Below, piece after piece: positions 25,738 to 38,449 of a stretch of 64,000 nucleotides of DNA (position 1 is its first letter; the number at the start of each line of letters is the position of its first letter). The DNA lies in NCBI GenBank assembly GCA_964016885.1, contig OZ024758.1, positions 14,694,001 to 14,758,000 of the forward strand. Reading direction: 5' to 3'. A program made the position numbers and the translations under genes. This DNA is from Eledone cirrhosa (taxonomy: Eukaryota). The notes below the pieces were generated by a model. That model was not told the origin of the DNA. It was given only the letters and a program-made list of their open reading frames with translations, and searched no databases.

Positions 25738-26156
25738 TTAACCCTTTAGCATTTAAACTGGCCAGAATTCTCTCACCTCTTTCTGTTCAAACAAGATATC
25801 ACTGGCTACTCATACTAACGTTAAGGTATTGTTCTCAAAATAAATAACATCAAAATCTCGTAGATTCAATATTGTGTGAGATAATTATGTAAGGTAAAGA
25901 CTTTGCTACAAAAATACAATAGGATATATAATGTAAATACTAAAGGGTTAACCCTTTAGCATTTAAAAACCGGCCATATCTGACCAGAATTCTCTCACCT
26001 CTTTCTGTTCAAGCTGGCCGTTCATACTGATGTTAAGGTATTTTTCTCAAAATAAATAATATGAAAATCTCATAGATTCAATATTATGTGAGATAAAGCC
26101 TTTACCACAAAAATACGATAGTATATATAGAGTAAAGTAAATACTAAAGGGTTAAA
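25738..26156. mobile_element. Two tandem piggyBac-like TTAA MITEs
   Basis: TTAACCCTTTAGCATTTAA...TAAATACTAAAGGGTTAA occurs twice, sharing the central TTAA. Confidence 0.8.
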
Positions 26157-27116
26157 CGTGTTATACTTGGATATGTATATTACATAATACCTGATTGGAT
26201 TTGAACTAGGAACCTTTATTTCTGAGGCCTGATCCTCAATAGGTTTCCACAATGAGCATTCAACTGAAAAGTCCAACTTGTGAATTAACATGCAACTGGT
26301 TGAGTATTCCATGACCATGTGTACCCTTAACACAATTTCCAAGCTGAATTAACATGATGCGGTATGTGAAAAGGTTGGTCCTTTGAATTACAGGTACAAT
26401 CCATCTAACAGGATTCCATATAGTCCCCATCTACCATTGTTTCAATCACATGGTTAGAGTTGGGCCTAGGATATGGTAAAGACACTTACCAAAGATACGA
26501 TACCACAAAGTGGGATGAAACCCAAGACCTCATGATTGCAAAGTTAACTTTTCTAACCAGCCATTCTGTGTTATTTCTAAACTAAGAGTAGTACCACTCT
26601 TATTCACGATGCCAAATGGTGCAGTTTAGAAATAAAGGTTGACATTAGGTTGATTTATCAAGCATTGGAGAAGTCTGAAATTTAAAAATGTGGTAGCCAC
26701 AATGCAGATAACTATAAACAATAGTTGATTTATCTCTGATGGTGGAAACAAAATGGAGAGTGCTATCTGTGGAAATCAAACCATAAATCTTATGAAGCAT
26801 ACAAGAAATATGTAATTCAATTCCTGCATAGGTGTGTTGACTTTGGTTCTGTGTATTTTGACTTATTCAACTACTATTTATAGTTATCTGCATTGTAGTT
26901 AACACATTTTCAAATAAATTATAAATCAAATCTATCCCAGCACTAGCTATATATTCAGGAATAATACATCTGATGGTGATGATGATTGGAGTTCAAACTG
27001 ATCAGATCTTAGTGTAGATGTTAATATGGTTTTTAAATGTTCAGCGCTAAAGATGAAGTTGTTTGTCTGAAAAATTATACATGCATTCATATATGTCGGT
27101 TTGTGTGTCTGTCTGT

Positions 27117-27150
<34 letters not shown>

Positions 27151-27659
27151 TTGTGTGTCTGTATATATGAATGTATGTGTAAGATAGTGTATACTTCACA
27201 GTTAAGATACACATATATATGGATGTAAATTCAGTTGTAAAAACACAAACACACACAAATATATAGATATATATATGTAAATCAAATAAATATATATATA
27301 TACACATGAATTGATGTAAAAATCAAGCAAACAGATGGACACACATTGTTGTTGTATAAACATAATAAACATACATTTTTGCACATGTATGTACAGATGA
27401 AAGTAAATAAATAGAAGTGTGTATTTAATTACAGAGACATACACATTGCACATATACAAATACAGGTGTGAAAAATAATATAAACATAAAAATAATAAAA
27501 GCACACAAATGTCAACTAAATCATGTGGACATATAGAGACAATACAGATAACTATATGTATATACATAATCTACAGATGTGAATTAAATAATAAACAGAT
27601 GTATATATACACACAGTAAAAAGATGTAAACCAAATATGAAAAAAAAAAAAATGAAAAT

Positions 27660-28560
27660 CTGTGTGCACATATAGGTACAGATGTAAACCAAATGAACAG
27701 ATGTTTGTGTACACATTTACAGATGTAAACATAAACATGTTTGTGTACACATTTACAGATGTAAACCAAATGAGCAGATGTTTGCATACACATTTACAGA
27801 TGTAAACATAAACAGATGTTTGTGTAGACATGTACAGATGTAAACATAAACAGATGTGTGTACACGTTTACAGATGTCAACATAATAAACAGATGTCTGT
27901 GTACACATTTACAAATGTAAACCAAATAAACAAGATGTTTGTGTACAGATGTAAACCAAATAAACAAGATGTTTGTGTACAGATGTAAACCAAATAAACA
28001 AGATGTTTGTGTACAGATGTAAACATAATAAACAAGATGTTTGTGTACAGATGTAAACCAAATAAACAAGATGTTTGTGTACAGATGTAAACATAATAAA
28101 CAAGATGTGCATGTACAGATGTAAATCAAATATACAGATCTGTGTATACAGATGTAAACGAAATAAAAAAAATGTGCATGTACACATGTAAAAATATAAA
28201 TCAAATATAGCGATGTGCGTATACATATTTAAACAAGTAAACCAAATAAATGTGTTTACACATATTCAGATGTTAACCAAATATACAGATGTGTGTGTAC
28301 ACTCATACAGATGTAAATAAAACAAAAAGATGTGTGTACACATCTACAGATGTAAATCAAATATAGAGATGTGTGTGTGTACACATGTACAGATGTAAAC
28401 CAAACAAAAAGATGTGTGTGTACACATCTACAAATGTCGATCAAATAAACAGGTGTGTAAACACACCTACAGATGTAAATTAAATAAACAGATGTATGTG
28501 TACATGTGTACAGATGTAAACCAAATAAACAGATGTGTGTATACAGATGTCAATCAAATA
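27660..28560. repeat. Degenerate 32-36-bp minisatellite
   Basis: TACAGATGTAAACCAAATAAACAAGATGTTTGTG variants. Confidence 0.85.
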
Positions 28561-28884
28561 AACGTGTATGTGTGTATACATACATTCATATATGTGTATA
28601 ATCACTGACAGCAAATAAACAAACAGAAGGCTGAAATAATTGTGTGTGTGTGTGTGCTGTGTGTGTGTGTGTTTGTGTAGTATAAGTGTGTAGCATGTGT
28701 GTGTGTGAAGTAGATGTAGTGTATTTGTGTGTATGTGTGTGTGTGTGTAGTAGTAATAGTAGTGTATTTGTGTATGAATGTGTGTATATAGTGAATGCGT
28801 GTGTTAGTATCTTCACACATATTAAACAACAATGAGGCGGGTGTGTAAATGAATGAAGATTTGAAATTAGTTTTAACAATGAAC

Positions 28885-29900
28885 GTGTTTAGGAGAGCTC
28901 CTCTCCGATACCAAGGTCATGTTTAGGAGAGCTCCTCTCCGATACCAAGGTCGTGTTTAGGAGAGCTCCTATCCGATACCAAGGTCATGTTTAGGAGAGC
29001 TCCTCTCCGATACCAAGGTCGTGTTTAGGAGAGCTCCTCTCCGATACCAAGGTCGTGTTTAGGAGAGCTCCTATCCGATACCAAGGTCATGTTTAGGAGA
29101 GCTCCTCTCCGATACCAAGGTCATGTTTAGGAGAGCTCCTCTCCGATACCAAGGTCGTGTTTAGGAGAGCTCCTCTCTGATACCAAGGTCGTGTTTAGGA
29201 GAGCTCCTATCTGATACCAAGGTCGTGTTTAGGAGAGCTCCTCTCTGATACCAAGGTCGTGTTTAGGAGAGCTCCTCTCTGATACCAAGGTCGTGTTTAG
29301 GAGAGCTCCTCTCTGATACCAAGGTCGTGTTTAGGAGAGCTCCTATCTGATACCAAGGTCGTGTTTAGAAGAGCTCCTCTCTGATACCAAGGTCGTGTTT
29401 AGGAGAGCTCCTCTCTGATACCAAGGTCGTGTTTAGGAGAGCTCCTCTCTGATACCAAGGTCGTGTTTAGGAGAGCTCCTATCTGATACCAAGGTCGTGT
29501 TTAGAAGAGCTCCTCTCTGATACCAAGGTCGTGTTTAGGAGAGCTCCTCTCTGATACCAAGGTCGTGTTTAGGAGAGCTCCTCTCTGATACCAAGGTCGT
29601 GTTTAGGAGAGCTCCTATCTGATACCAAGGTCGTGTTTAGAAGAGCTCCTCTCTGATACCAAGGTCGTGTTTAGGAGAGCTCCTCTCTGATACCAAGGTC
29701 GTGTTTAGGAGAGCTCCTCTCTGATACCAAGGTCGTGTTTAGGAGAGCTCCTCTCTGATACCAAGGTCGTGTTTAGGAGAGCTCCTCTCTGATACCAAGG
29801 TCGTGTTTAGGAGAGCTCCTCTCTGATACCAAGGTCGTGTTTAGAAGAGCTCCTCTCTGATACCAAGGTCGTGTTTAGAAGAGCTCCTCTCTGATACCAA
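28885..29900. repeat. 34-bp minisatellite, about 30 copies
   Basis: Unit GTGTTTAGGAGAGCTCCTCTCTGATACCAAGGTC. Confidence 0.95.
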
Positions 29901-30290
29901 AGTCCAGCTGTGTTGGTAGATTTAAGGAATTTCTGAAGGAGGGGAGGGAAGGGGTATTATAACAATGTCAACAGCAACAACTCCACCCATCACCAGAGCA
30001 TATACACACACACTCACATATGTATGTGGCTGTATATGCGCATATATATATATATAAATATATATACATAGTATACACACATACATATATATATATACAT
30101 ATATATATATACATACATAGTATACAGACATACATATATATATATACACATAGTATACAGACATACATATAAATATATATATATACATAGTATACAGACA
30201 TACATATAAATATATATGTATATATATACACGTGTACATATACATAGCACACACACACACATATATATATACATAGTACCCACACACTCA

Positions 30291-30331
<41 letters not shown>

Positions 30332-30343
30332 AGGGCATACTTA

Positions 30344-30387
<44 letters not shown>

Positions 30388-30482
30388 TATAACGATGGAA
30401 ATGTGGTAAGGAAACAGGTGGACCATAACACACCAAAGTACTCAATACTTAGGGAAGTAGAGTGGGTAATAGGAACGAGTAT

Positions 30483-30595
30483 GACTCCGACGGCTGAGCT
30501 CAACCCGTTTCGACGGCTAATTCTGGACTAAAAAAAAAAAATAAAAAAAGTCCAGAATTAGCCGTCGAAACGGCTTGAGCTCAGCCGTCGGGGTC
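30483..30595. repeat. Short hairpin element (about 45-bp arms, A-rich spacer)
   Basis: GACTCCGACGGCTGAGCTCAACCCGTTTCGACGGCTAATTCTGGACT pairs with AGTCCAGAATTAGCCGTCGAAACGGCTTGAGCTCAGCCGTCGGGGTC; single arms at 8770-8812 and about 34720-34760. Confidence 0.8.
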
Positions 30596-30604
30596 CTACT
30601 CTTT

Positions 30605-30646
<42 letters not shown>

Positions 30647-30714
30647 AGCATATATGTATGTCTGTATGAGTATATATATTTGTATATTATTTTTATTTAC
30701 TCTCCCCCCATCCC

Positions 30715-31370
30715 TCACAATACAACCACAGTATTGTCTTTATCCTTGTTTTCCTTACTAAGAAGGTCCTGCACATCATCTTCATCATCTGGTTCGATAA
30801 TGTCGCTGTCGTAAGACTTTCCTGATTGGTGAGACTGCTGTGATGTATTTGAAAGCTGGGAATATCGACCATAGCCACCTCGTTGTGGAGCCAAAGTCAT
30901 TCTCTGATTCACGGGCTTCACAGTGATAATCAAATTGGCACTGTTTGCGACCATCATGTCCGTCACCTGGTCAAGAGTCTTGCCTGTCACCTCGATACCA
31001 TTCACTTCCAAAACCTCGTCATTCACAGCCAGCAGACCGGTGCTTTCGGCCAGACCCCCTGGAACCAGACGAGAAATGAAAATTCCGGGTACTTTATCAA
31101 CCCCACTTGCCGTCACACGGAAACTAGTTCCGTCTCGTATGTAAAATCCCAATGGTTTGTCAGAACCATTTTTCATGAGTTTCACGCGTCTATGAGTCTC
31201 TGGAACGATGTCAACATCGATAATAGCAGAGACACGCCGGAATTCTTCAGGCATACTAATCCTAGGACGTGGCTTTACCGATGCTTCTCCACTACTGATC
31301 AATTTGGAGATTGGATTTTTCCTTTTCAGAGGTCCTGTGCCATAACCATTTACTTCACCATAACTCTCAC
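30715..31370 (-). CDS. par-6: Partitioning defective protein 6, terminal exon (semi-CRIB plus PDZ)
   Basis: CTCTTCTTAG acceptor; [78 protein letters not shown]; C-terminus VVVL*; phase 1 joins the upstream exon. Confidence 0.95.
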
Positions 31371-31445
31371 CTAAGAAGAGAAAAAAATGAATTAAATTAA
31401 CAAGACTGAAATTAAAACGATCAAGAAAATTATTAATAGAATCTT

Positions 31446-31790
31446 TAACCCTTTAGCATTTACATTATTCTATCCTTTACAGACTGAGTTCAAATCCCGC
31501 CGAGGTTAACTTCCTTTCATCCTTATGGGGTCAATAAAATGAAGTACCAGTAATGTACTGAGTAATTGCCAAAAATAGAAACAATTATTCTATATATATA
31601 CTATTGTATTTTTGTGGTAAAGGCATTATCTTACATAATCATTTCACATAATATCAAATCTATGAGATTTTGATATTTATTTTGAGAACAATGCCTTAAC
31701 ATCAGTTGAGCGGTCAGTTACAGCCAGTTTGAATAGAAAGAGGTGATAGAATTCTGGCCAGATGTGGCTGGTTTAAATGCTAAAAAGTTA
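31446..31790. mobile_element. TTAA MITE interrupted by a partial family A SINE (31483-31590)
   Basis: MITE ends TTAACCCTTTAGCATTTAC and TAAATGCTAAAAAGTTAA with a SINE core inside. Confidence 0.7.
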
Positions 31791-33009
31791 ATAGGACCTT
31801 TAATATTTCTCGTGAAAGAGTCGTTAATTTTCATATAATTTTTTTTAATAATCAAGAATTTGGAGCAACTTAGCATTGTAAATAACTTTGATATTTTGTT
31901 TGTGGCAAGAAGACGACAACCTCCCTGGTACTGGTGACAATAAAATGCACCCAGTACACTCTGTAAAGTGGCTGGAATGTAGGCAAGCCAGATGTGGCCC
32001 CCAGCTTCTCTAGAAGGGCAGTAGCTCTCATTAAGTCCAGCATAGAAAAGCAAACATAAAATGATGATGACTATGGCTGAATAAAAGATGGGATGGTCAT
32101 GGCAGTATTGCCAGTGTGTGTTTTTCTTAAAATGAATGAATAACAATTGACAAGATCCCAGACCTCACTCGATTACTGAATGGAGTGGAGCTCACCAAAT
32201 CAGACCTAGGAAACAATGTTTCCATTGGTCTTTCTATTGCTGATACTATCTACCGGTTGCAACTCCTGGCAGAAAAAGCAGCGTGAAATAAAGTGTCTAG
32301 CTCAACGACATAACACATCACCTGGTCCAAGAAACAAACTCACAACCTCATGATTGTGAATTCAATTCCCTAACCACTCAGCCACATACCTTCACATTTA
32401 AAGAAAAAAAAGAAAAAAAAAGAAAAAAAAAAGAAGAAAAAAAACATTAATAATCCAGGAAGGTTTGGTAAAATTTGTATCAATTTTACAGTCTATTACA
32501 CAGAAGTATATTATGTAGAAATTAATAAGGATCAGTTTATATGCGATGTTTACATAATCTGGTAACACTATCAGTATGACATACATGTTTATAGCTGAAC
32601 CTAGCTGTGCAGAAACCATAATTATCCATACTAGTAAATAACCTGTACTTTTATGAAGAGATTCCGTAATATCCAGTTTCTACACTAAATTGTAACAAAA
32701 CTATGTTTGTGGATTAATTTTAACCCTTTAGCATTTAAGCTGGCTGTATCTAGCCAGAATTCTTTCACCTCTTTCTGTTCAAACCAGCCGTAATTAGCTG
32801 CTCATATCAATGTTAACCTTTTAGCATTTACTATCATATTTTCATGGTAAAGGCTTTATCTCATGTGAGACATGTCAGATCAAATGACCATGTCTTGCTC
32901 ATACAGAACTGTTTCTGGGTTGGTTTCTACAGCTGGATGCCTTTCCTAATGCCAACCACATTTACAGTGTGTGGTGTGTGCTTTTTATTGACAACAAAAC
33001 AACCACTTT

Positions 33010-33064
<55 letters not shown>

Positions 33065-33117
33065 CAGAGAGAGACAGAGAGAGACAGAGAGAGAGACAGA
33101 GAGAGACAGAGAGAGAC

Positions 33118-33248
<131 letters not shown>

Positions 33249-33855
33249 ATAAAATATGTACTGGATTTGAGAAATAAGTACTGAGATAGGCATCATTGAC
33301 TAAATTGTTTTTTTTTAAGGTGATGCTCCAGCATGGCCACAATCTACTGACTAAAACTAGTAAGGAATAACAAAACAACAAACAAAAAAAAACAAAAAAA
33401 CAATTGTATAGTTTATGTTGCAGTTAATGACAAAATTAACTCGACAAAATAAGACAACTTTTTTTTAAGTATCAATTTTATCATTAAATGTGACAGACGA
33501 CTTATTAGCTAAACTCTGTTAGGACAGCAGGAAGATACTAAAATGTTTTGTGTTTTTGGTTATTCATTTCATCAACCAACAATTCTACAAGTTCTAAATA
33601 ATAATCCATACTAGCAAATAACCTGTTCTTTTATGGAGAGGTTCAGTAATATTCAGTTTCTTCACTAAATTGTTACAAAACTATGTTTGTGGATTATTTT
33701 TAACCCTTTAGCATTTAAACCAGCTGTATCCGGCTACAATCCTCTCACCTCTTTTCGTTCAAACCGGCTGTAACCAGCTACTCATACTTATGTTCTCAAA
33801 ATAAATAATATCAATGAATAAATAATTTCTATGTTTAGATATTATTCTAATATAT

Positions 33856-34038
33856 TATTCAGTACTATACGAACATGCCAGACAACAACACGACGGTAAC
33901 ATAGACAACATAGAAATTAGAATAATATCTAAACATAGAAATGACCCAGCAGATATGCAAATCAGAGAGGCCTGCGAAATAGAACTTAGAAGGCCAAGGC
34001 TAAACAGAAAAAAAAACACTGACCTAAGAGAAGTATAA
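33856..34038 (+). pseudogene. Penelope-like element GIY-YIG endonuclease C-terminal fragment
   Basis: Manual translation (absent from the ORF track): YSVLYEHARQQHDGNIDNIEIRIISKHRNDPADMQIREACEIELRRPRLNRKK*, fitting the PLE S.L..H...H ... EA..I....P.LN pattern. Confidence 0.7.
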
Positions 34039-34770
34039 ATAAATAAATAAATACATACACAAGCACAATAACAACAAACACATAAACACACACTAGTAAA
34101 CTAAGATAAAATACAATAACCAATACACAGTCACCCAAACACACATCAAACAAAACACTATACACACATGCAAACGTATGCGCAGAGAAGACAAAAAAAT
34201 AAACAAATAAATAAATAAATAAACAGACTAAATAAAGATGGCGTAGGCATACAATGTAACGGGAGGAAACATAATAGCACCACTGATGATATTGTAGATG
34301 TACAACGAAAGAACTTTGTTAGACTATATATATGTGTTTGCGTCTATATTGTATCTGTATTTTTGACCGTTGGTCAGTCAATGGTAACATTGAGGACTGA
34401 ATAAATTAAATTAACCGATATAAAGGACACAGAAGCGAAAACCAACCAAACAGTGAGTGTGTTCTGTTATTAATTCTGGCAATATTATTACACAAATATG
34501 ACCCTCCCCTTATATATCATCATCATCATTTTACGTCCACTTTTCCCTGCTTGCAAGGGTGCTTTTTTTCCGTGGCACCTCCACGACCACTTTACAGTGG
34601 AATGATATGGACCCCAGTCCTTATCTCATTTCTACAGCTGAGTAAATATATATATATAAAAACAACAAAGAGTGAGTGGGTAATACGGCTGTTTTGATCT
34701 AGCTGTCGAAGGTTCGGATCTAGCTGTCGAAACAGCTGGAGCTCAGCCATCGGGGTCTTGAGACTTTTCC

Positions 34771-34822
<52 letters not shown>

Positions 34823-34894
34823 AGAGGTTATATTTAATTTGTTGGGATACAACAAGCAAAATATATATTTTATTTATAAAACTAACCTATATTA

Positions 34895-34960
34895 TATTTT
34901 ATCTGATGAAAGCGCACCGTTGTTTGCTCTGGTGGCCCTTGAAATATGTATAATGAAATA
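34895..34960 (+). ncRNA. Type I minimal hammerhead ribozyme motif
   Basis: TATTTTAT-CTGATGA-AAGCGCACC/GGTGGCCCTT-GAAA-T(ATGT)A-TA-ATGAAATA; 8-bp stem I. Confidence 0.7.
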
Positions 34961-34998
34961 AATATGGTTTTATAAATCTAGTTTCCATTTGTTAATAT

Positions 34999-35033
<35 letters not shown>

Positions 35034-35245
35034 GTTCTATTTAAATTGTTGGGATACAACAAGCAAATATTTTTATAACTGATATTTTTATAACTGATAT
35101 AAAGCACTCAACAAATTATTGGAGTAAAAATACGATATATTAACAAATGGAAACTATATTTATTTCATTATACATATTTCAAGGACACCAAGTCACCATT
35201 CCTTAAGGGTATGTCAATATTTATTTATAAAACTGCTCTATATTA

Positions 35246-35310
35246 TATTTTATCTGATGAAAGCACACCATAATTTAACTTGGTGTCCTTGAAATATGTA
35301 TAATGAAATA
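35246..35310 (+). ncRNA. Type I minimal hammerhead ribozyme motif
   Basis: Stem I TATTTTAT/ATGAAATA (8 bp, one G-U), CTGATGA, stem II AAGCACACCA/TGGTGTCCTT (9 of 10 paired), GAAA, stem III T(ATGT)A, predicted AUA cleavage after 35302. Confidence 0.8.
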
Positions 35311-35339
35311 AATATGGTTTTATAAATATAGTTTCCATT

Positions 35340-35392
<53 letters not shown>

Positions 35393-35567
35393 TTCGTCTT
35401 TAACCTGTCTGTATTTTTCGGTGTTGTAGTATTAAGGTGGCAACATGCCTCTGGTCACATTTTTCATTGTGTCACTATTACCTAACTTATGTTGATTACT
35501 CTGCAGATTAATTTTATTGATTACTCACAGCTGCAACTTCAGTTATACTCATTATTATATATATATA

Positions 35568-35904
35568 TGGAGGCACATGGCTTAGTGGTTAGAGCATTGG
35601 CCTTGCAATCGAAAGGTTGTGAGTTCAATTCTCAGACCGGGTGATGTGTTGTTTCCTTGAGCAAGACACTTTATTTCACATTGCTCCAGTTTACTCAGCT
35701 GTAGAAATGAGATGATAGGGACTGGGGTCCCTATCATTCCACTGCGACGTGGTCGTGGAGGTGCCACGGCAAAAAAGCACCCAGCACTCACTGTAAATGA
35801 GGTTGGTGTTAGGAAAGGCATCCAGCTGTAGAAATCAAGCCAGAATCAGTTCCCGTCCCACCCTTGCAAGCAGGGAAAAGTGGACGTAAAATGATGATGA
35901 TGAT

Positions 35905-35907
<3 letters not shown>
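35568..35907 (+). mobile_element. Composite SINE: family B tRNA head, AGGAAGGGCATCCAG module and RTE-like (ATG)n tail
   Basis: Near-identical copy at 59134-59472; tail GCAAGCAGGGAAAAGTGGACGTAAAATGATGATG resembles the RTE 3' ends. Confidence 0.8.
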
Positions 35908-35939
<32 letters not shown>

Positions 35940-36777
35940 ACAGTACTCTCTACTTATGGAGTTGTCTGTGTCTGTGTATCATTGTGATCGATGACAGAGG
36001 ACCAAGGCCTCTGGCGTTACACAGTAATACAGAAGACCCCCAATTCCCAAGGGTACAAGCTGAAGCTGAAGTATATAGAGAGTATGCCCCACCCTCCCAC
36101 TCCACACTGTAAAGTGGTCAAGTAGGTGTCACGACAAAAAAGCACCCAGTCCACACTGTAAGGTGGTCGTGTAGGCGCCATGGTAAAAAGCACACAGTCT
36201 ACACTATGAGGTTGGGGTTAGGAAGGGCAGCCAGCTGTAGAAATCAAGCCCAAATCAGTTCTTTATGAGCAAGAGAAGGTCACCTGACCTGGCATTGCTC
36301 ACGACAGGACAACCTGTCTAACCCATGCTAGCGTGGAAGAATGGCCGTGAAACGGTGATGATGATGATGATGATGATAATAGACAGAGAGAGAAGGGGAG
36401 AAACGGAGATAAGTCTACTGGCTGAGAACATCATGAATTAAATCTTTGAATATATCGAAGCTACAAAAAGATTCAACAAGAGAAGCTTCTAGATGTTTTA
36501 CAGCTTTCCTTCTTTCCTATTTTCTTTTTGTTGTTTATTTATGCATAACCTGTCTTGCATTGGTCTTCCGTATTTGAAATTTTATTTCTATTTTATTTCC
36601 TTTTATTTTATATTTTTCCATTCTTTAATTTATTATTATTATTTTTTTTTATATTACTTGTCTCACTAGCTCTTTTTGATTACCAACTGTAAGGAGTACT
36701 CAATACTTCCCCATGTCAGTCATGGCTTACTAGCTCTATACCAACGTTTACACTGAATAAATAAATTAATAAATACA

Positions 36778-36828
<51 letters not shown>

Positions 36829-37191
36829 ACCATTTCAAAACATTTAAAACATTTGACCTCCACTGGTTTTGTCTTACTCTTAATTATATTCCATGAATTC
36901 TAAATAAAGATTTCAGAACAGTTTTGTCAGATTGCAGTTTGTATGTGTGACAGACAGGCTAAAAAATCAAATGCAATCATTATCATATATAGATTATCAA
37001 TGATTATGATAAGAATTACTCTTAAAATAGCCTACATGTTTGACTGACTGACCAAAGTGGAATATTTGAGACATACACAGTCAGCCTTCCTAAAAGACAA
37101 CACAGAATCCATAAAATAGAAGTCAAAATAATCTATTATATTGATTATTTTTACTCTCTAGACCAAAATTATATTAATGGAATCATATATA

Positions 37192-37478
37192 TATGAGAGT
37201 CAGCTGAAAAGTTCATAGGCTGACCAAGATACTCTCATGGAATGACCAAATGAGGTTTATTTTTCAACAGTCTGTGGAAAGAAACACTGCAGTTATCAAT
37301 AAGAAAAGTTCATAGGCTGACTAAGATACTCTCATGGAATGACCAAATGAGGTTTATTTTTCAACAGTCTCTGGAAAAAAACACTGCAGTTATTAATAAG
37401 GGTTGAAATGAATGCATGTAAGATTTCACAGCTCTAGCATAGTCAACTCCTTCATAGTCAGCCTATAAACTTTTTGTA
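37192..37478. mobile_element. Mariner-like MITE with internal duplication
   Basis: AAAAGTTCATAGGCTGAC and GTCAGCCTATAAACTTTT inverted ends in TA context; about 100-bp direct duplication inside. Confidence 0.6.
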
Positions 37479-37885
37479 TATAAGATACAAATCTACAGTG
37501 TATCCATGCCAGTTTCTTAGCTCTAATTACCCTATCCACTGCCATGTTACCCTCCATCTTTTAGTGGCCTTAAGGTGAATAAGTCCTAGTAAAAAGATGA
37601 CCAGGTCATAGTTAAAAAGGGAACAAGCCCCTACAAGTCCTAGTAAAAAAAATGAACAGGTCCTAGTTAAAAAGGAAACAAGCCTCTACAGGCCCTAATA
37701 AAAAATTGAACAGACTATGATAATGATTGAGATTGATTTATAGATCTGTAGTAGATAAAGGATCTGAATATTTATCAACAACATCCTATATATTAACTCT
37801 TAACTCAAGAAGTATTATAAAAGTTATAAACATTTAACACTAAGGATTTAGTAGAAAATATCTAAAAGCTGGTGTGTTCACTCAA

Positions 37886-38165
37886 ATCATCATCATCATC
37901 ATCATTATACGTCCGCTTTTCACTGCTTACAAGGGTGGGATGGATCCTTTTCAGCACAACATCTCTCCATTCGTCACGGACCTTCGTCATCTCTTCCGTG
38001 AACTTCAGCGATCCGAGGTCAGCTCTTACCACCTCAACCCATGATTTTCGTGGTCTTCCTCTTCTGCGTCTTCCTTGGCAATTCTTTACTCAACGGTGAT
38101 CCTCCATACTCATCACATGGCCATACCAACGCAGTCTTCTCTCCCGCACACTACAGCTTATCCCT
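37886..38165 (-). mobile_element. RTE-clade LINE 3' fragment
   Basis: GRRRRGRPRKSWVEVVRADL..EEMTKVRDEWR on the minus strand with an (ATG)n tail; related pieces at 41015-41260, 49290-49480 and 53480-53600. Confidence 0.75.
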
Positions 38166-38449
38166 CTTATACACAGTTTCTCTCTCCAATGTTTATAATA
38201 ACTATGCTAGGGGACAGATCAAATAAATGTGTCTCAATTTATCACATGTTGCAGTCGTAATGTTTTTTTATTTTCTTCCTTTGTCTAGTAGTCCTTCTCT
38301 TCCCCTCCTCCTCCACTCATTCAAGGCATTTATAGTTCTTTCCAATGCTGCTCTCTTCTTCTGTATGTTTATTATATAACTCTACTGTGAAATAAAACTG
38401 TCTTTTCAAGAATGTGGTTTCATGGGATACAAGATGTTAAGAGGTAAGA

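Noticed and set aside
28885-29900. CRISPR-like array or tRNA-Met primer-binding sites (TGGTATCAGAG on the minus strand)
   Set aside because: Units are contiguous with no unique spacers, there are no cas genes and the context is eukaryotic; no LTR is adjacent, so the PBS-like 11-mer is probably chance
35575-35645. tRNA gene
   Set aside because: A and B boxes are present but there is no full cloverleaf, and the sequence continues into a SINE body present in many copies
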